Of a DNA stretch of 64,000 nucleotides, positions 48,320-58,946 are shown piece after piece. Within the stretch, counting starts at the first letter, position 1. Each line of letters starts with the position of its first letter. Under the pieces are notes generated by a model. The model did no database searches. It saw nothing but the letters and a program-made list of their open reading frames with translations, and was not told where the DNA came from. Source of the DNA: Longimicrobiales bacterium (GTDB taxonomy: Bacteria; Gemmatimonadota; Gemmatimonadetes; Longimicrobiales; Gaopeijiaceae); contig CBDAON010000004.1 in NCBI GenBank assembly GCA_965198065.1, positions 1,888,001 through 1,952,000 on the forward strand, in the 5' to 3' direction. The position numbers and the translations under genes are program-made.

Positions 48320-49522
48320 ATGACCTACAGCGAGAACATCGCGCGGCTACAGCCGTCGGCAACCATGGCCGTGAGCGCCCTCGCGAAGAAGCTCGCCGCC
48401 GAGGGACGGGACATCATCGACTTGAGCGCGGGCGAGCCGGACTTCGACACGCCCGCGTGGATCTCTGAGGCGGCGATCGCGGGGATCCGGGGTGGTAAGA
48501 CGCGTTACACGCCGGCCTCGGGGCTCCCGGAGCTGCGCAAGGCCGTCGCCCAGAGCCTCGTGGCGCGATCGGCGCCGGGGTGGCAGTTGGCCGCGGAGAA
48601 CGTGGTGGTGAGCGCGGGGGCGAAGCAGGCGCTGTTCAACGCATGCTTCTCGGTGTTCGGACCGGGGGACGAGGTTCTCGTGGGGGTTCCGTACTGGACG
48701 AGCTACCCCGAGATGGTGTCACTCGCCCGTGCAGAGCCGGTGTTCGTCACTGGATCCGAGGCGAGGGGGTTCAGCCTCACGCCCGCGGAGCTGGACCGCG
48801 TCCGGACGCCGGTGACCCGAGGGCTGATTCTCTGCACTCCATCGAATCCTTCCGGGGCCGTCTATTCGCTCGATGAGCTTCGCGCGGTCGCGGGGTGGGC
48901 GAAGAAGTACGACATCTGGCTGATCAGCGACGAGATCTATCGATGGATCTACTTCTCCGACGAGAGTGGCGCGGCCCCGGGCCTACTCGACCTCGACCCG
49001 GGCGATGTGGGTCCGTTCGTCCTCGTGGACGGAGTGTCGAAGACATTCGCCATGACGGGATGGCGCGTCGGATACTCGGTCTCGGAGGCGGGGCTCGCCG
49101 GTCAGATCGGCGCCCTCCAGAGCCACACGACGTCGAACGCGGCCACCCCCTCACAGATTGCGGCTCTCGAGGCGCTCACCGAGGGCGATCGGGCGGAGAG
49201 CGTTATCGCGGAAATGGTCGCCGCCTTCCGGCGCCGCCGAGACCTGGTGGTGAGCCGCGTTCGCGAGCGACTCCCGCACCTGTCCTTCGTCGAGCCGCGA
49301 GGAGCGTTCTACCTGTTCCTCAAGGTGGAGGCGGAGTACGGGAGCGGCGTCCGCGGGTCTCAGGACTGGTGCGCTAAAGTGCTCGAGGAGACGGGGGTCG
49401 CCTGCGTGCCGGGCTCCGCGTTCGGAGACGATCGCTACGTTCGAATGAGCTACGCCACGTCGGACGAGCGCTTGGAGGAAGCGATTCGGCGACTGGCGAG
49501 TCGGCTCGTCACGCAGCCGTAA
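48320..49522 (+). CDS. Class I PLP aminotransferase (aspartate aminotransferase-like)
   Basis: GEPDFDTP, PSNPSG, SDEIY, SKTFAMTGWRVG. Confidence 0.93.
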   Translation: MTYSENIARLQPSATMAVSALAKKLAAEGRDIIDLSAGEPDFDTPAWISEAAIAGIRGGKTRYTPASGLPELRKAVAQSLVARSAPGWQLAAENVVVSAGAKQALFNACFSVFGPGDEVLVGVPYWTSYPEMVSLARAEPVFVTGSEARGFSLTPAELDRVRTPVTRGLILCTPSNPSGAVYSLDELRAVAGWAKKYDIWLISDEIYRWIYFSDESGAAPGLLDLDPGDVGPFVLVDGVSKTFAMTGWRVGYSVSEAGLAGQIGALQSHTTSNAATPSQIAALEALTEGDRAESVIAEMVAAFRRRRDLVVSRVRERLPHLSFVEPRGAFYLFLKVEAEYGSGVRGSQDWCAKVLEETGVACVPGSAFGDDRYVRMSYATSDERLEEAIRRLASRLVTQP

Positions 49523-49527
49523 CCGGC

Positions 49528-50208
49528 GTGGACCCTGTGGAACCTCTGACGGCCACGAGCGAAGCGCTGGGCCCGCTCGAGCGATACGTAGAGCGGTGGT
49601 TCGCCCGCGAGGACGCTCACCTCCGTGCCATCCGGGATGCTATGGGGCGCGAGGGGCTCCCGGCCATTCAGCTTCCGCCGGTCAGCGCCAGGCTACTTCA
49701 GATCCTCCTCCGGGCTGTCGGCGCCAGACGAGTCCTCGAGGTCGGAACGCTCGCCGGGTACTCTGCCCTCTGGATCGCCCGGTCCCTTCCTCCCGGGTTG
49801 AAGCGAGGAGAGGGCCTTCTCACGCTGGAGCGGGACGCGGAGCGCGCGCGGTTGGCCCGGGATCTCCTCGAGGGGGCCGGCGTCTCGGCGCTGGTCGAGG
49901 TCCGGGAGGGAGAGGCTGGAGCGGTCCTGCCGGAGATCGGGCCGGACGGCTCGTTCGACGCGGTCTTTCTGGATGCGGATAAGGAGTCCTTGACCCGGTA
50001 CGTGGCCGAAGCGAGGCGCCTCCTCCGTCCCGGCGGTCTCCTCATCGTGGACAATGCGCTCTGGAAGGGCCGGGTGATCGATCCGGCGGCCGACGATGCG
50101 GCCACTAGGGCGATCCGCCGCACGCACGAAGCGCTGGCCGCGGATCCCGACTTCGACACCACGATCGTCCCCGCGGGTGACGGGCTCCTGGTGGCGCTCA
50201 GACGGTAG
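49528..50208 (+). CDS. O-methyltransferase (family 3)
   Basis: VLEVGTLAGYS, FDAVFLDADK, LIVDNALW. Confidence 0.92.
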   Translation: MDPVEPLTATSEALGPLERYVERWFAREDAHLRAIRDAMGREGLPAIQLPPVSARLLQILLRAVGARRVLEVGTLAGYSALWIARSLPPGLKRGEGLLTLERDAERARLARDLLEGAGVSALVEVREGEAGAVLPEIGPDGSFDAVFLDADKESLTRYVAEARRLLRPGGLLIVDNALWKGRVIDPAADDAATRAIRRTHEALAADPDFDTTIVPAGDGLLVALRR

Positions 50209-50238
50209 CGCGCGACCCGCGCCGGTAGGAGCGCGCGC

Positions 50239-51195
50239 TCATCCCATTTCCGCCAGGAGCCTCTCGACGCGTACCCGGACCCCGGCCACGTATCCTTCCC
50301 CAAACAGGTTCACGTGCACGAGGAGAGGGTAGAGCTGGTAGACGTCACTCCTGACGCTGGCGTATCCGGACCCGAGCGGTGCCCGCTCCCGGTAGGCCTC
50401 GAGCGCGGCGGTGGAGAACCCCCCGAAGAGCTCCATCATGGCAATGTCGACTTCCCGGTGACCCCTGTAGAGGGCCGGGTCGAGGAGAACCGGCTCTCCA
50501 GAGACGTCCACGAGGACGTTTCCGCTCCACAGATCTCCGTGGAGCATCGAGAGCCCGTCGTTTTCCCGACCACGGAGCGCGTCGTCCAGGCGGTCGAGGA
50601 GTCGATCCCACAGCCGCTTCGTCCGCGACTCGAACCGTCCGGAGGCAAGACGCCACTGGGGGAGGAGCCGAGCATCTCGCCAGAACGTCGGCCAGCTCGG
50701 CCCGACGCTCCCGGGCAGGCGATTCCGCTGGGGGAGCGAGCCGATCCATCCGTCCTCCTCCCATCCGGGCTCCGCTCCCGGAATGGGTCGATGGAGCCGG
50801 GCGAGCCCGTGCCCCAAGCGCTCGTCCGTAGTGGGTCCGATTCGTCCGGACTCGATGAGCTCGAGCGCGAGCCATCCGCGCTGGCCCGGCTCCCCCTGCG
50901 CGAAGCCGAGGACCTCAGGGACGCGAAGGGCGCGTCGCGACCGGAGGGCCTCGAGCCCCCTGGCTTCCACACCGAAGCCGGTGAGCCCCGGCTCTCGGGA
51001 CCACTTGAGGAACACCGGCGCTCCGTCGGGCACGTCCAGGTGGGCCGCCGGGCTGATGCACCCGCCCCCGATCCTCGTGGCAGTGAGGGCGACGGGGCGC
51101 GTGCCTGGGGCCACGACGGACGCCACGTCGCGGAGGACGTCAGAGGGGACCCCGCGCGAACGGTGGCCGCCGCTGGGGACGCGCCCGGAGGTCAC
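50239..51195 (-). CDS. Fructosamine kinase family protein
   Basis: GGGCI, EARGL, LHGDLWSGN, DPALYRGHREVDIAM. Confidence 0.92.
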   Translation of the reverse strand: MTSGRVPSGGHRSRGVPSDVLRDVASVVAPGTRPVALTATRIGGGCISPAAHLDVPDGAPVFLKWSREPGLTGFGVEARGLEALRSRRALRVPEVLGFAQGEPGQRGWLALELIESGRIGPTTDERLGHGLARLHRPIPGAEPGWEEDGWIGSLPQRNRLPGSVGPSWPTFWRDARLLPQWRLASGRFESRTKRLWDRLLDRLDDALRGRENDGLSMLHGDLWSGNVLVDVSGEPVLLDPALYRGHREVDIAMMELFGGFSTAALEAYRERAPLGSGYASVRSDVYQLYPLLVHVNLFGEGYVAGVRVRVERLLAEMG

Positions 51196-51698
51196 GGCGA
51201 CGCTCGCTCCTCCAGGAGGTCGAGGAGTCGGACGCAGGAGCGCCGGACCATCTCGAACACACGCTCGAATCCGTCCGGACCTCCGTAGTACGGGTCCGGC
51301 ACGTCCAGATCGCCGCCCGCCGCCGGGTCGTAGTCCCTGAGGAGCGCCAGCTCCGCTCCACCGAGGGCGTCCCCGCGGAGCTCCACAAGCGCCCGGAGGT
51401 TCTCCCCATCCATCGCGACGATGAGGTCGAACTCGCGGAAGTCCTCGCCCCGCACCTGGCGAGCGGATCCCCCGAGCCGGATACCGTGCCTCCGGGCCAC
51501 TACCGCCGACCGGGCGTCCGGAGGCTCTCCCACGTGCCAGCCGCCGGTTCCGGCCGAGTCGGCGCGATATCGCCCAGCGGCCCCTCGCTCCCCGGTGAGA
51601 TGCGCGAAGACGCCCTCCGCGAGGGGGGAGCGGCAGATGTTGCCGAGGCAGACGAAGAGCACGGAGATGGGGCGAGCCCCGGGATCCGATGGCGTCAT
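51192..51698 (-). CDS. Low-molecular-weight protein-tyrosine phosphatase
   Basis: VCLGNICRSP, DPYY. Confidence 0.95.
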   Translation of the reverse strand: MTPSDPGARPISVLFVCLGNICRSPLAEGVFAHLTGERGAAGRYRADSAGTGGWHVGEPPDARSAVVARRHGIRLGGSARQVRGEDFREFDLIVAMDGENLRALVELRGDALGGAELALLRDYDPAAGGDLDVPDPYYGGPDGFERVFEMVRRSCVRLLDLLEERASP

Positions 51699-51867
51699 TA
51701 CGCTTCCGGTCGGGCGTGGGTGGAATCGACCTGCTAAACTATACGGAGCGGTTGGCCCGCCAGCAGTCCCACTCGCGGGGGAGCCGCCCCCACATCCGCC
51801 GCGAAGCAGCCACCTCAAACCGTCCGTGGGGCGACAACGTGTCCCCGCTCAGGGGGAGATCCCGGCC

Positions 51868-53121
51868 TTGGAAGAAGGGAAGAGCTTCGACGCCCTCGGG
51901 CTGTCGCCGGAGCGCCACGACGTGATTCACGGGCTCGGATGGGTCACGCCCACTCCGATCCAGTGGAAGGCAATTCCCGCGGCGCTGGAGGGGCGCGACA
52001 TCGTCGGCATCGCGCAGACCGGGACCGGGAAGACCGGCGCGTTCGTCCTTCCCTCCTTGGAGCGCATTCGACTGGAGGAGGGGCTTCAGGTCCTGGTCCT
52101 CTGCCCGACCCGCGAGCTGGCGTTACAGGTCGCCGAGGACGCGAGGGAGCTGGCTCGCGGGACTGGACTCAGAACAGGCGAGATCGTCGGTGGGGTGGGG
52201 TACGGGCCGCAGATCGAGGCGCTCCGGAAGGGTTACGAGATCCTCACGGCCACGCCGGGCCGCTTCAACGATCACCTGGATCGCGGCAACGTCGACCTCT
52301 CCCGGCTCCGGATCCTGGTTCTGGACGAAGCGGACCGCATGCTGGATATGGGGTTTCGTCCGCAGATCGAGAGCGTCCTGAAAAAGTCGCCGGCCGCCCG
52401 CCAAATCATGCTCTTTTCTGCCACCATGCCGCACGGCGTGCATGCGCTGGCGCTCCAGATTAGCAAGGATGCCGTTTGGGTGGAGGCGGCTCCGGCGGGC
52501 ACCACCGCCGAGGGGATCGAGGAGGCGGTCTACACCGTCCGCCCGGACAACAAGCCCGAGCTGCTCGCGCGCCTTCTTCGCGACCCCAGCTGGGATCAGG
52601 TGCTCGTCTTCACGCGCACCAAGGCGGGAGCCGAGGTGCTCCGCGGGAGGCTCCAAAGGGAGGCGATCCGCGTGGACAGCCTCCACGCGGACCGTCCCAT
52701 GCGCGAGCGCACGAGAGCCCTGGAGCGTTTCGCGGCGGGCGAGGTGACCGTGCTCGTCGCGACGGACGTCGCGCAGCGAGGGCTCGACGTGGAGGGCATC
52801 TCGCATGTGGTGAACTACGACATCCCGCTCGATCCGGAGGACTATGTGCATCGCATCGGTCGCACGGGCCGGGCGGGCGCGGTCGGTACGGCGATCACCT
52901 TCGTGACCGGTGCGGATCTGGGCCACCTCCGCTCGATCGAGCACAGGCTCGGGCGCTCCCTCGAGCGGCGGTCCGTGCCCGAGTTGGACTACGCGGGGGT
53001 GTCTGGAGATCGACAGGACAGGGATCGGAACCCACATTCCCGGTCCGGCCGGAGGATCGGCACCCGGTCGGCGAGCGACCTGACCGAGGAGGAGCTCGAC
53101 GCCCTCCTGAAGGGACGGTGA
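51868..53121 (+). CDS. DEAD-box RNA helicase (RhlE-like)
   Basis: AQTGTGKT, PTRELA, LDEADRM, SAT, HRIGRTGR. Confidence 0.95.
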   Translation: MEEGKSFDALGLSPERHDVIHGLGWVTPTPIQWKAIPAALEGRDIVGIAQTGTGKTGAFVLPSLERIRLEEGLQVLVLCPTRELALQVAEDARELARGTGLRTGEIVGGVGYGPQIEALRKGYEILTATPGRFNDHLDRGNVDLSRLRILVLDEADRMLDMGFRPQIESVLKKSPAARQIMLFSATMPHGVHALALQISKDAVWVEAAPAGTTAEGIEEAVYTVRPDNKPELLARLLRDPSWDQVLVFTRTKAGAEVLRGRLQREAIRVDSLHADRPMRERTRALERFAAGEVTVLVATDVAQRGLDVEGISHVVNYDIPLDPEDYVHRIGRTGRAGAVGTAITFVTGADLGHLRSIEHRLGRSLERRSVPELDYAGVSGDRQDRDRNPHSRSGRRIGTRSASDLTEEELDALLKGR

Positions 53122-53137
53122 GACGGGGGGACAGCGC

Positions 53138-53551
53138 ATGCTCTTTCGGCGGTATGGTTCGTCCATCCACAGGGTGGATCCGGACTTCGACCCCAACGCC
53201 ATGAACGAGATATCGTTTCGACGCGACCGCGCCGCTTCGTTTCCGTCTGACGAGCTTACGGTGGGCTACGAGAAGCTCCGTGAGGTGGCCCTCAGGGGAG
53301 AAACGGACGGGCCGGTGCAGACCGAGGCGGAGGCCCGTCTCCTGGAGGACCTGCGAGCCCGGCTGGACGGACTCGTCGCCGACCTCGGCGAAGGCGAGAT
53401 CCTGCTCGTGGAGAACGAGCGGGGTTTGGACTACCCCAGGGTGAAGGATCACAAGCGGGGGATCATGAAGGAGGGGGAGAACCGCCTCCACTTCCACTGG
53501 ACGGTGGATCCGCCCCTCCGGATCGGCGTCTATCGCCGGCGGGGACCGTGA
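53138..53551 (+). CDS. Hypothetical protein
   Basis: 137-aa ORF with RBS and coding-like composition. Confidence 0.7.
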   Translation: MLFRRYGSSIHRVDPDFDPNAMNEISFRRDRAASFPSDELTVGYEKLREVALRGETDGPVQTEAEARLLEDLRARLDGLVADLGEGEILLVENERGLDYPRVKDHKRGIMKEGENRLHFHWTVDPPLRIGVYRRRGP

Positions 53552-54135
53552 GTCGAAGGAGAGGCGACCGCACTCGGGGACGAGACGCCGGCCGCGGCTC
53601 ACCGTCGAGAAGGTGGCTCGTCGGGGCCCTGGTGCTCTCCGGTGTCCTCGGGTGCACGTTCGAGAGAAGGGCGGAGCCAGAGCCCGAGGACGCGCCGGCG
53701 GAGGAAGAGGCTACCCGGCCCGCTCCGGAGGGCGCAGGCACGGAGATCGGAGCCGCGCCCCTCGAGACAGTCGAGTTGTTCAGGGAATCGGTGGCCGCAG
53801 GAGACCTGTCGCTCGCCCTGGCGCTGCTGGACCGTGAGGCCACCCTCGTGGACGAGCTCGTGGGCGAGGCCTCGGAGGCGCGGACCCGCGGGGAACTCCT
53901 GCTCGAGCTGCGAAGGCAGCACGCGGCCGGGCTGGTGTTCGACCCGCTTGGACCTCCGGCCACGATCATTTCGGGCGAGAGCGCGCTCGTCGTGAGCCGC
54001 TTCACCGTGCTCCGCGAGACCGAGGGCGGCGCGAGGGAGGAGCTGGGCCGGGTGCACGAGACGGTCTTTCTGCTCGCTTTGCCGGACGGGTGGAGAATCC
54101 GGCATCTGCACCGCTCGCTCGCGTCAGACGCTTGA
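53548..54135 (+). CDS. Lipoprotein with NTF2/SnoaL-like domain
   Basis: Lipobox VLGC; C-terminal ETVFL...DGWRIRHLH. Confidence 0.65.
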   Translation: MSRRRGDRTRGRDAGRGSPSRRWLVGALVLSGVLGCTFERRAEPEPEDAPAEEEATRPAPEGAGTEIGAAPLETVELFRESVAAGDLSLALALLDREATLVDELVGEASEARTRGELLLELRRQHAAGLVFDPLGPPATIISGESALVVSRFTVLRETEGGAREELGRVHETVFLLALPDGWRIRHLHRSLASDA

Positions 54136-54192
54136 GGAAGGCGTTTCCGGGGGAGGCGCCTCGGCGAACGACGTGAAAGTTAGCGGCCTGCG

Positions 54193-55101
54193 TCAGCCGC
54201 TGGAGGGCGGCGGCTCGTCCGGAATCTCGGGGTCCGCGATGCAGTTCCGCCCCTGGTCTTTGGCCCGGAGGAGAGCCTGGTCGGCCAGGCGGTACAGGGA
54301 GTTGGGGTCCCGCCCATGATCCGGGCACGTCACATATCCGCCAGACACGGTGAGCTTCAGCTCCGACCCGACCGCGCGGGCCACCTCCGGCCCGGCCGCC
54401 GGAGCCAGGATCGCGAACTCCTCTCCCCCGACCCGGAACGGGGCGTCCGCCGCACGCGTGTGCTCGGTGAGGATCCTCCCGAGCCACTTCAGGACCTCGT
54501 CCCCCACGTCGTGGCCGAGCGAATCGTTCACCAGCTTGAACTGGTCGACGTCCATCAGGATAAGGGAGAACTGGTCCCCGTAGCGGCGCGCCCGGTCGCC
54601 CTCCTCGGCCAGGCGCTCGTGAAACGCCCGGCGATTCAGGAGTCCGGTGAGGGGGTCCTTCAGGGCCTGCTCGCTCAGGCCCCCCATTTGGGCGTCGGCG
54701 GACCGTATGCGACGCGACAGCACCTCCAGGAGTCGGAACGCGAGCCCGGACGACGACTGGACGACCTGCCGGAAGTCGTCCTTGGCCAGCATGAGGGTCG
54801 TGGTCGGCTCGAGGGTATGCACCGTTGCACTCCGGGGTTCGTCGTTCAGGAGCGCCATCTCTCCAAAGAAGTCGCCTGGTCCCAGTCGAGCCAGCTCGAA
54901 GTCCTGGTTCAGGCCCGGATAGAGGATCTGGACGCTGCCGCTCACGACGATGTAAAGGGAGTCCCCGGGCTCTCCAACCGTGACCACGTTGCGCCCTGCC
55001 GGAAAGCCCGCCTCCGTGGTGAGCCCCTGAAGGCGGTCCACCTCCTCCACGGTGAGCCCGGCAAAGAGCGGAATGCGGGTGAGCAGGCCGGCGTACGACA
55101 T
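54193..55101 (-). CDS. cNMP-binding domain diguanylate cyclase
   Basis: FFGEMALL...PRSATV; DPLTGLLNRR, GHDVGD, RVGGEEF. Confidence 0.9.
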   Translation of the reverse strand: MSYAGLLTRIPLFAGLTVEEVDRLQGLTTEAGFPAGRNVVTVGEPGDSLYIVVSGSVQILYPGLNQDFELARLGPGDFFGEMALLNDEPRSATVHTLEPTTTLMLAKDDFRQVVQSSSGLAFRLLEVLSRRIRSADAQMGGLSEQALKDPLTGLLNRRAFHERLAEEGDRARRYGDQFSLILMDVDQFKLVNDSLGHDVGDEVLKWLGRILTEHTRAADAPFRVGGEEFAILAPAAGPEVARAVGSELKLTVSGGYVTCPDHGRDPNSLYRLADQALLRAKDQGRNCIADPEIPDEPPPSSG

Positions 55102-55105
55102 CCCG

Positions 55106-55819
55106 CTACCGATCCTGGCTTCCGGTCACCCGGATCCGGGTGGCCAGCTCACAGCCGATCGTCTGGAGCGCCCCGGTCGAGCCGCCGACCCGGATCGTGA
55201 TGGGTCCGTTGAAGGGAGCCCTCGCGTCCACTGACAGGATCACGCCGGGGAGCAGACCCCGAGCCTCGAGGTAGCGGAGCCGGTCGGGATTGTCGTCGGC
55301 GACCGCGCGGATCTGCACCCGCTCCCCCGGGCTCGCGTCGGCCAGCGTCTGGTGATCCGTCGTCTCCACCCGCCCCTCCCTCGTCGGGATCGGGGCCCCG
55401 TGCGGGTCGTGGCGGGGGTCCTCCAGGGCGTGGGCCATTCGGTCGATGAGGTCGTCCGAGGCGGCGTGCTCGAGGCGCTCGGCCTCCTCGTGGACGTCGC
55501 CCCAGGAGTAGCCGAGGCGCTGACTCAGGTAGGTCTCGAGTATCCGATGCCTGCGGATTATGCGCAGGGCCTCACGCGTCCCCTCCAGGCTGAGGCGCAC
55601 CCCCCGGTAGGGGGCGTGCTCGACGTAGCCCTCCTCGGCCAGGCGCTTGATCATCCCGCTCACGGAGGCCGGCTGGACGTCCAGACTGACGGCGATCTGG
55701 CTCGTTGAGGCCGCTTCGCCCTTCTCGGAAAGGCCGTAGATCACCTTGAGGTAATCCTCGACTGAGCGCGAAAGTACGGGAAACTCGTCGGGCATGAAGC
55801 GCGGGGGTTGGGTGGCCAT
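55106..55819 (-). CDS. DtxR/MntR-family metal-dependent regulator with FeoA domain
   Basis: EDYLKVIY, RRHRILE, VHEEAERLEH, DPHGAPIP; start uncertain. Confidence 0.92.
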   Translation of the reverse strand: MATQPPRFMPDEFPVLSRSVEDYLKVIYGLSEKGEAASTSQIAVSLDVQPASVSGMIKRLAEEGYVEHAPYRGVRLSLEGTREALRIIRRHRILETYLSQRLGYSWGDVHEEAERLEHAASDDLIDRMAHALEDPRHDPHGAPIPTREGRVETTDHQTLADASPGERVQIRAVADDNPDRLRYLEARGLLPGVILSVDARAPFNGPITIRVGGSTGALQTIGCELATRIRVTGSQDR

Positions 55820-55962
55820 CGGGACGGCGTCGAATGTACTCCGTGCGTAGAAGGTCGTCGAGTGGGGCCACGGCGTAATCATATGTTTACCGCACCTTCG
55901 TAATTGTAGTACATTTCGGGTCCTTGGGCTGACATGACCCCGCCCTGTGCACGGAGGTCGTC

Positions 55963-56199
55963 TTGAGCGATTCGGTGACGGTGGATACCAAGCGGATCCT
56001 TCTGCGCTATGGAGTCCCGATCCGCGTTCTGGACAAGATAGGGGAGAAACAGAGGATCGCCTTCGCCCGGGACGTGAGCCGCACCCCCGTGCCGGATCGG
56101 AGCCAGCGGCTCCGTGAGCTGCTCGTCGAGGGCGGCTATCTCAAGCCCGATCCCGAAGGGGATAAGAAGAGGAAGGGGAGGAGGAAGGCCAGGAAGTAA
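55963..56199 (+). CDS. Small hypothetical protein
   Basis: RBS GGAGG before TTG; basic C-terminal tail. Confidence 0.6.
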   Translation: MSDSVTVDTKRILLRYGVPIRVLDKIGEKQRIAFARDVSRTPVPDRSQRLRELLVEGGYLKPDPEGDKKRKGRRKARK

Positions 56200-56200
56200 C

Positions 56201-57457
56201 CTACCTCACCCGCGAATCGACGTCGGTCTCCCCTTCCGACCGGGCGATGATCGCGGCGCCGCACGAATCGCTGAAGACGTTCACGGCCGTCCGGTACATG
56301 TCGAGCGGACGGTCGATCGCGAGCATCGAGCCGACGATCAGGTTCACCTCCGGCCCTCGCAGGTTGATGGCTTCCAGTACGATGAAGATCACGACCAGTC
56401 CCGCGGACGGGATGGCCGCCGCCCCGATCGATGCCAAGAGCGCCGTGAGCACGACGATCCCCTGCTGGACGAAAGAGAGCTCGAATCCCATCACCTGCGC
56501 GATGAAGAGGGCGCCGACACACTCGAAGAGGGCCGTCCCGTCCATGTTCACCGTGGCCCCCATCGGGAGTACGAAAGAAGCTACCCGGTTCGAGACCCCG
56601 ACCTTCTCCTCGACGTGAGCCAGAGTGACCGGGAGCGTGGCCGCGGACGAGCTGGTCGAGAAGGCCACCAGGAGCGGGTCCCTCATGTTTGCGAAGTGGA
56701 TGCGGGGTGAGATCCTCCCCATTGCGATGAGGAGCAGGGGGAGCGTCACGAACAGGTGGATCGTCAGTCCCGAGGCGAGCGTCAGCATGTAAAGGGCGAG
56801 CGCCCGGAACCCTCCGAACCCCGTCGTGCCGACCATCGTCGTAATGAGGGCGAACACGCCGATCGGCAGGAACGCGATGATTCCGGTCGTGAGCTTCATC
56901 ATGGCGTGGAAGAGAGCGTTGAACAGCTCCGTGAGGCGGACCCGGCTCGGCTCGGGCAGCACGGTAATCGACGCCCCGAACACGATCGAAAAGAAGATGA
57001 TCGCGAGCATGTCCGCGCTCGCCGCCGCCTGGAGCACGTTCTCCGGCACGATCGCGACCAGCAGATCGATGGGAGAGCCGGGCGTTGCCAGCTCGGGGAG
57101 ATCCTGGGTCGCCGCCTGGGACAGGTTAGAGCCCGCACCGGGGCGGATGACGTTGACCACGGCGACAGCGATGAGGACCGCGAGCAGGCTGGACAGGACA
57201 TAATAGCCGAGCGTCTTGCTGAAGAGACGACCGATCGTGGCGCCCGCCCCCACCGAAGCCACGCCGGAGACGATCGACGCCACGACCAACGGCACGATCA
57301 CCATGCGGAGCAGCCGGATGAAGAGGTCGCCGACCCACCCGATCGCGTTGGCAGCCGGCTCGCCGAACACGGCCCCTGTGACGATCCCGAGCGCCATAGC
57401 CACTAGGACCTGCCAGTGGAGGCGACGGTACCACGGAGCGTTGGTCTCTAGGGACAT
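56201..57457 (-). CDS. Dicarboxylate/amino acid:cation symporter (DAACS)
   Basis: AFSTSSSAATLP, GATVNMDG, DRPLDMYRTAVNV. Confidence 0.95.
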   Translation of the reverse strand: MSLETNAPWYRRLHWQVLVAMALGIVTGAVFGEPAANAIGWVGDLFIRLLRMVIVPLVVASIVSGVASVGAGATIGRLFSKTLGYYVLSSLLAVLIAVAVVNVIRPGAGSNLSQAATQDLPELATPGSPIDLLVAIVPENVLQAAASADMLAIIFFSIVFGASITVLPEPSRVRLTELFNALFHAMMKLTTGIIAFLPIGVFALITTMVGTTGFGGFRALALYMLTLASGLTIHLFVTLPLLLIAMGRISPRIHFANMRDPLLVAFSTSSSAATLPVTLAHVEEKVGVSNRVASFVLPMGATVNMDGTALFECVGALFIAQVMGFELSFVQQGIVVLTALLASIGAAAIPSAGLVVIFIVLEAINLRGPEVNLIVGSMLAIDRPLDMYRTAVNVFSDSCGAAIIARSEGETDVDSRVR

Positions 57458-57522
57458 CGCTCGCTGGTTGAAGGTGGGGCCGGGCCAGGGGAGAGTAGGC
57501 GGCGCCGGGCCGCCCGGCAAAC

Positions 57523-58860
57523 TCACGGCGCCGCGAGGATCTCCATGTCTCGCCCGGGGTCAAGCGGAAACTGGCACCTCACCCGAGCTTGATCACCCTC
57601 CCGGGAGACATCGACTTGAGCAGGCTCACCCCCAATCCGGACCTCGCCCGGGCGAAACTGGGGAAGGAGGGGCTCGAAGACCAGGTTCAGCGGGACCCTG
57701 CCCTCGCTCTGGGACACGTGGACTCTCACGGAGTGCTCCGACCGGCTCCAGACGACGGAGACGGAGGCGTCGCCGACCCGGAGTCCGCGGACCTCCCCTG
57801 CACCCGACTCGGCGATCCGGGGCGCGAGGCGAAGGCGGCCGAACGGGCCGTCGGGAATCGCTCCAAGGCAGCCTTCGACCCAGTCGCGAACCACGGCCGC
57901 GGCAGCGGGGGTCCCTCCAGCCGGGGTCATGGAGGCACCCTCCGGCGTCCTTCGGGGCGGCAGCGCCTCCCGAAGTCCCGAGAGGTCCAGCGCGACCGGA
58001 ACCCCCGTGCTGGCCGCGACCCGCTCGAGCGCGGATCGTCGTGCACTCAGGGGACGGGCGTCACCCGTCCACGCTACCCAGTCTGCGGCCAGGTGGAGGA
58101 GGGGGAGCGGCGGAATCGCCCGGTGGTCCAGTGCGGTCTCCAGGATGGCCCGGGCGAGGGCTCGACGTCCGCTCTCGAGCGCTGCCGTCCCCAGCTCGGC
58201 GAGTTCGACGCCCTGGAGATACCAGGGCCGATCGGGTCGCGCTCCGGCGAGGAACGGCCCGAGCGGCTCCCCCTGGGCTCCCATCCCGAGCGGCGCGTCG
58301 TCGATGCTGAGGAGGGCCCGCTCGACGGACGGATCCGGGGAGCCGTCTACGAGCACGCTAAGCCCGGTCTTCCCGTGGGAAAGAGAGCGCCGGGCGCGCA
58401 TGCGTCGGCGCGCGTCCAGTGAGCGGAGGAGGTCCGTCGATCGATCCGGCGGGGCATCGCCCGGGAGGACGACCAGGGTCGCGGCCTCGCCGGGAGAGAG
58501 CGGGAGTGTCGCGGCTTCGGGGGGATCCCCATGGCCGATGTGGATGCGCACCAAGAGCCGGGAGCTGGGCGGCAAAGGGGGCGCTGATGGAGACCCCGCC
58601 GGCCGGGAGAGCCACTGGAGCACCATAGCCTGCGGAGCGTCGCACAAGAGCCCGGTCTCCAAGAGGGCTCCACCGTGCTCGAGGCGCACCGTCCTAGACC
58701 AGGCGCCCCTTCCCGCCCGCCCTCTCTCGGAGCCCCCGACCGGAACACCGTCGAGCGTCAGCGCGAGCTCCCCCGTGAGCCGATCCTCCCCACGGAAGAG
58801 GCCCCGGAGACCCAGCCCAGGGTGGACGAGGGCCACTAGTCCCCCGCCCGTTACGGGCAC
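57523..58860 (-). CDS. Hypothetical protein with degenerate glycoside-hydrolase (GDE/GH65 C-terminal)-like ending
   Basis: WVEGCLGAIPDGPFGRLRLAP...VRGLRVGDA; the frame extends upstream to about 58950. Confidence 0.45.
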   Translation of the reverse strand: MPVTGGGLVALVHPGLGLRGLFRGEDRLTGELALTLDGVPVGGSERGRAGRGAWSRTVRLEHGGALLETGLLCDAPQAMVLQWLSRPAGSPSAPPLPPSSRLLVRIHIGHGDPPEAATLPLSPGEAATLVVLPGDAPPDRSTDLLRSLDARRRMRARRSLSHGKTGLSVLVDGSPDPSVERALLSIDDAPLGMGAQGEPLGPFLAGARPDRPWYLQGVELAELGTAALESGRRALARAILETALDHRAIPPLPLLHLAADWVAWTGDARPLSARRSALERVAASTGVPVALDLSGLREALPPRRTPEGASMTPAGGTPAAAAVVRDWVEGCLGAIPDGPFGRLRLAPRIAESGAGEVRGLRVGDASVSVVWSRSEHSVRVHVSQSEGRVPLNLVFEPLLPQFRPGEVRIGGEPAQVDVSREGDQARVRCQFPLDPGRDMEILAAP

Positions 58861-58946
58861 GACGTCCGACCCTTGGACCAGGGCCGGAACGGTCTCGTCA
58901 GGGCCTGTGCCGAACTCGGCCGACGGGAGCGGCCGGAGGAGGGGTC

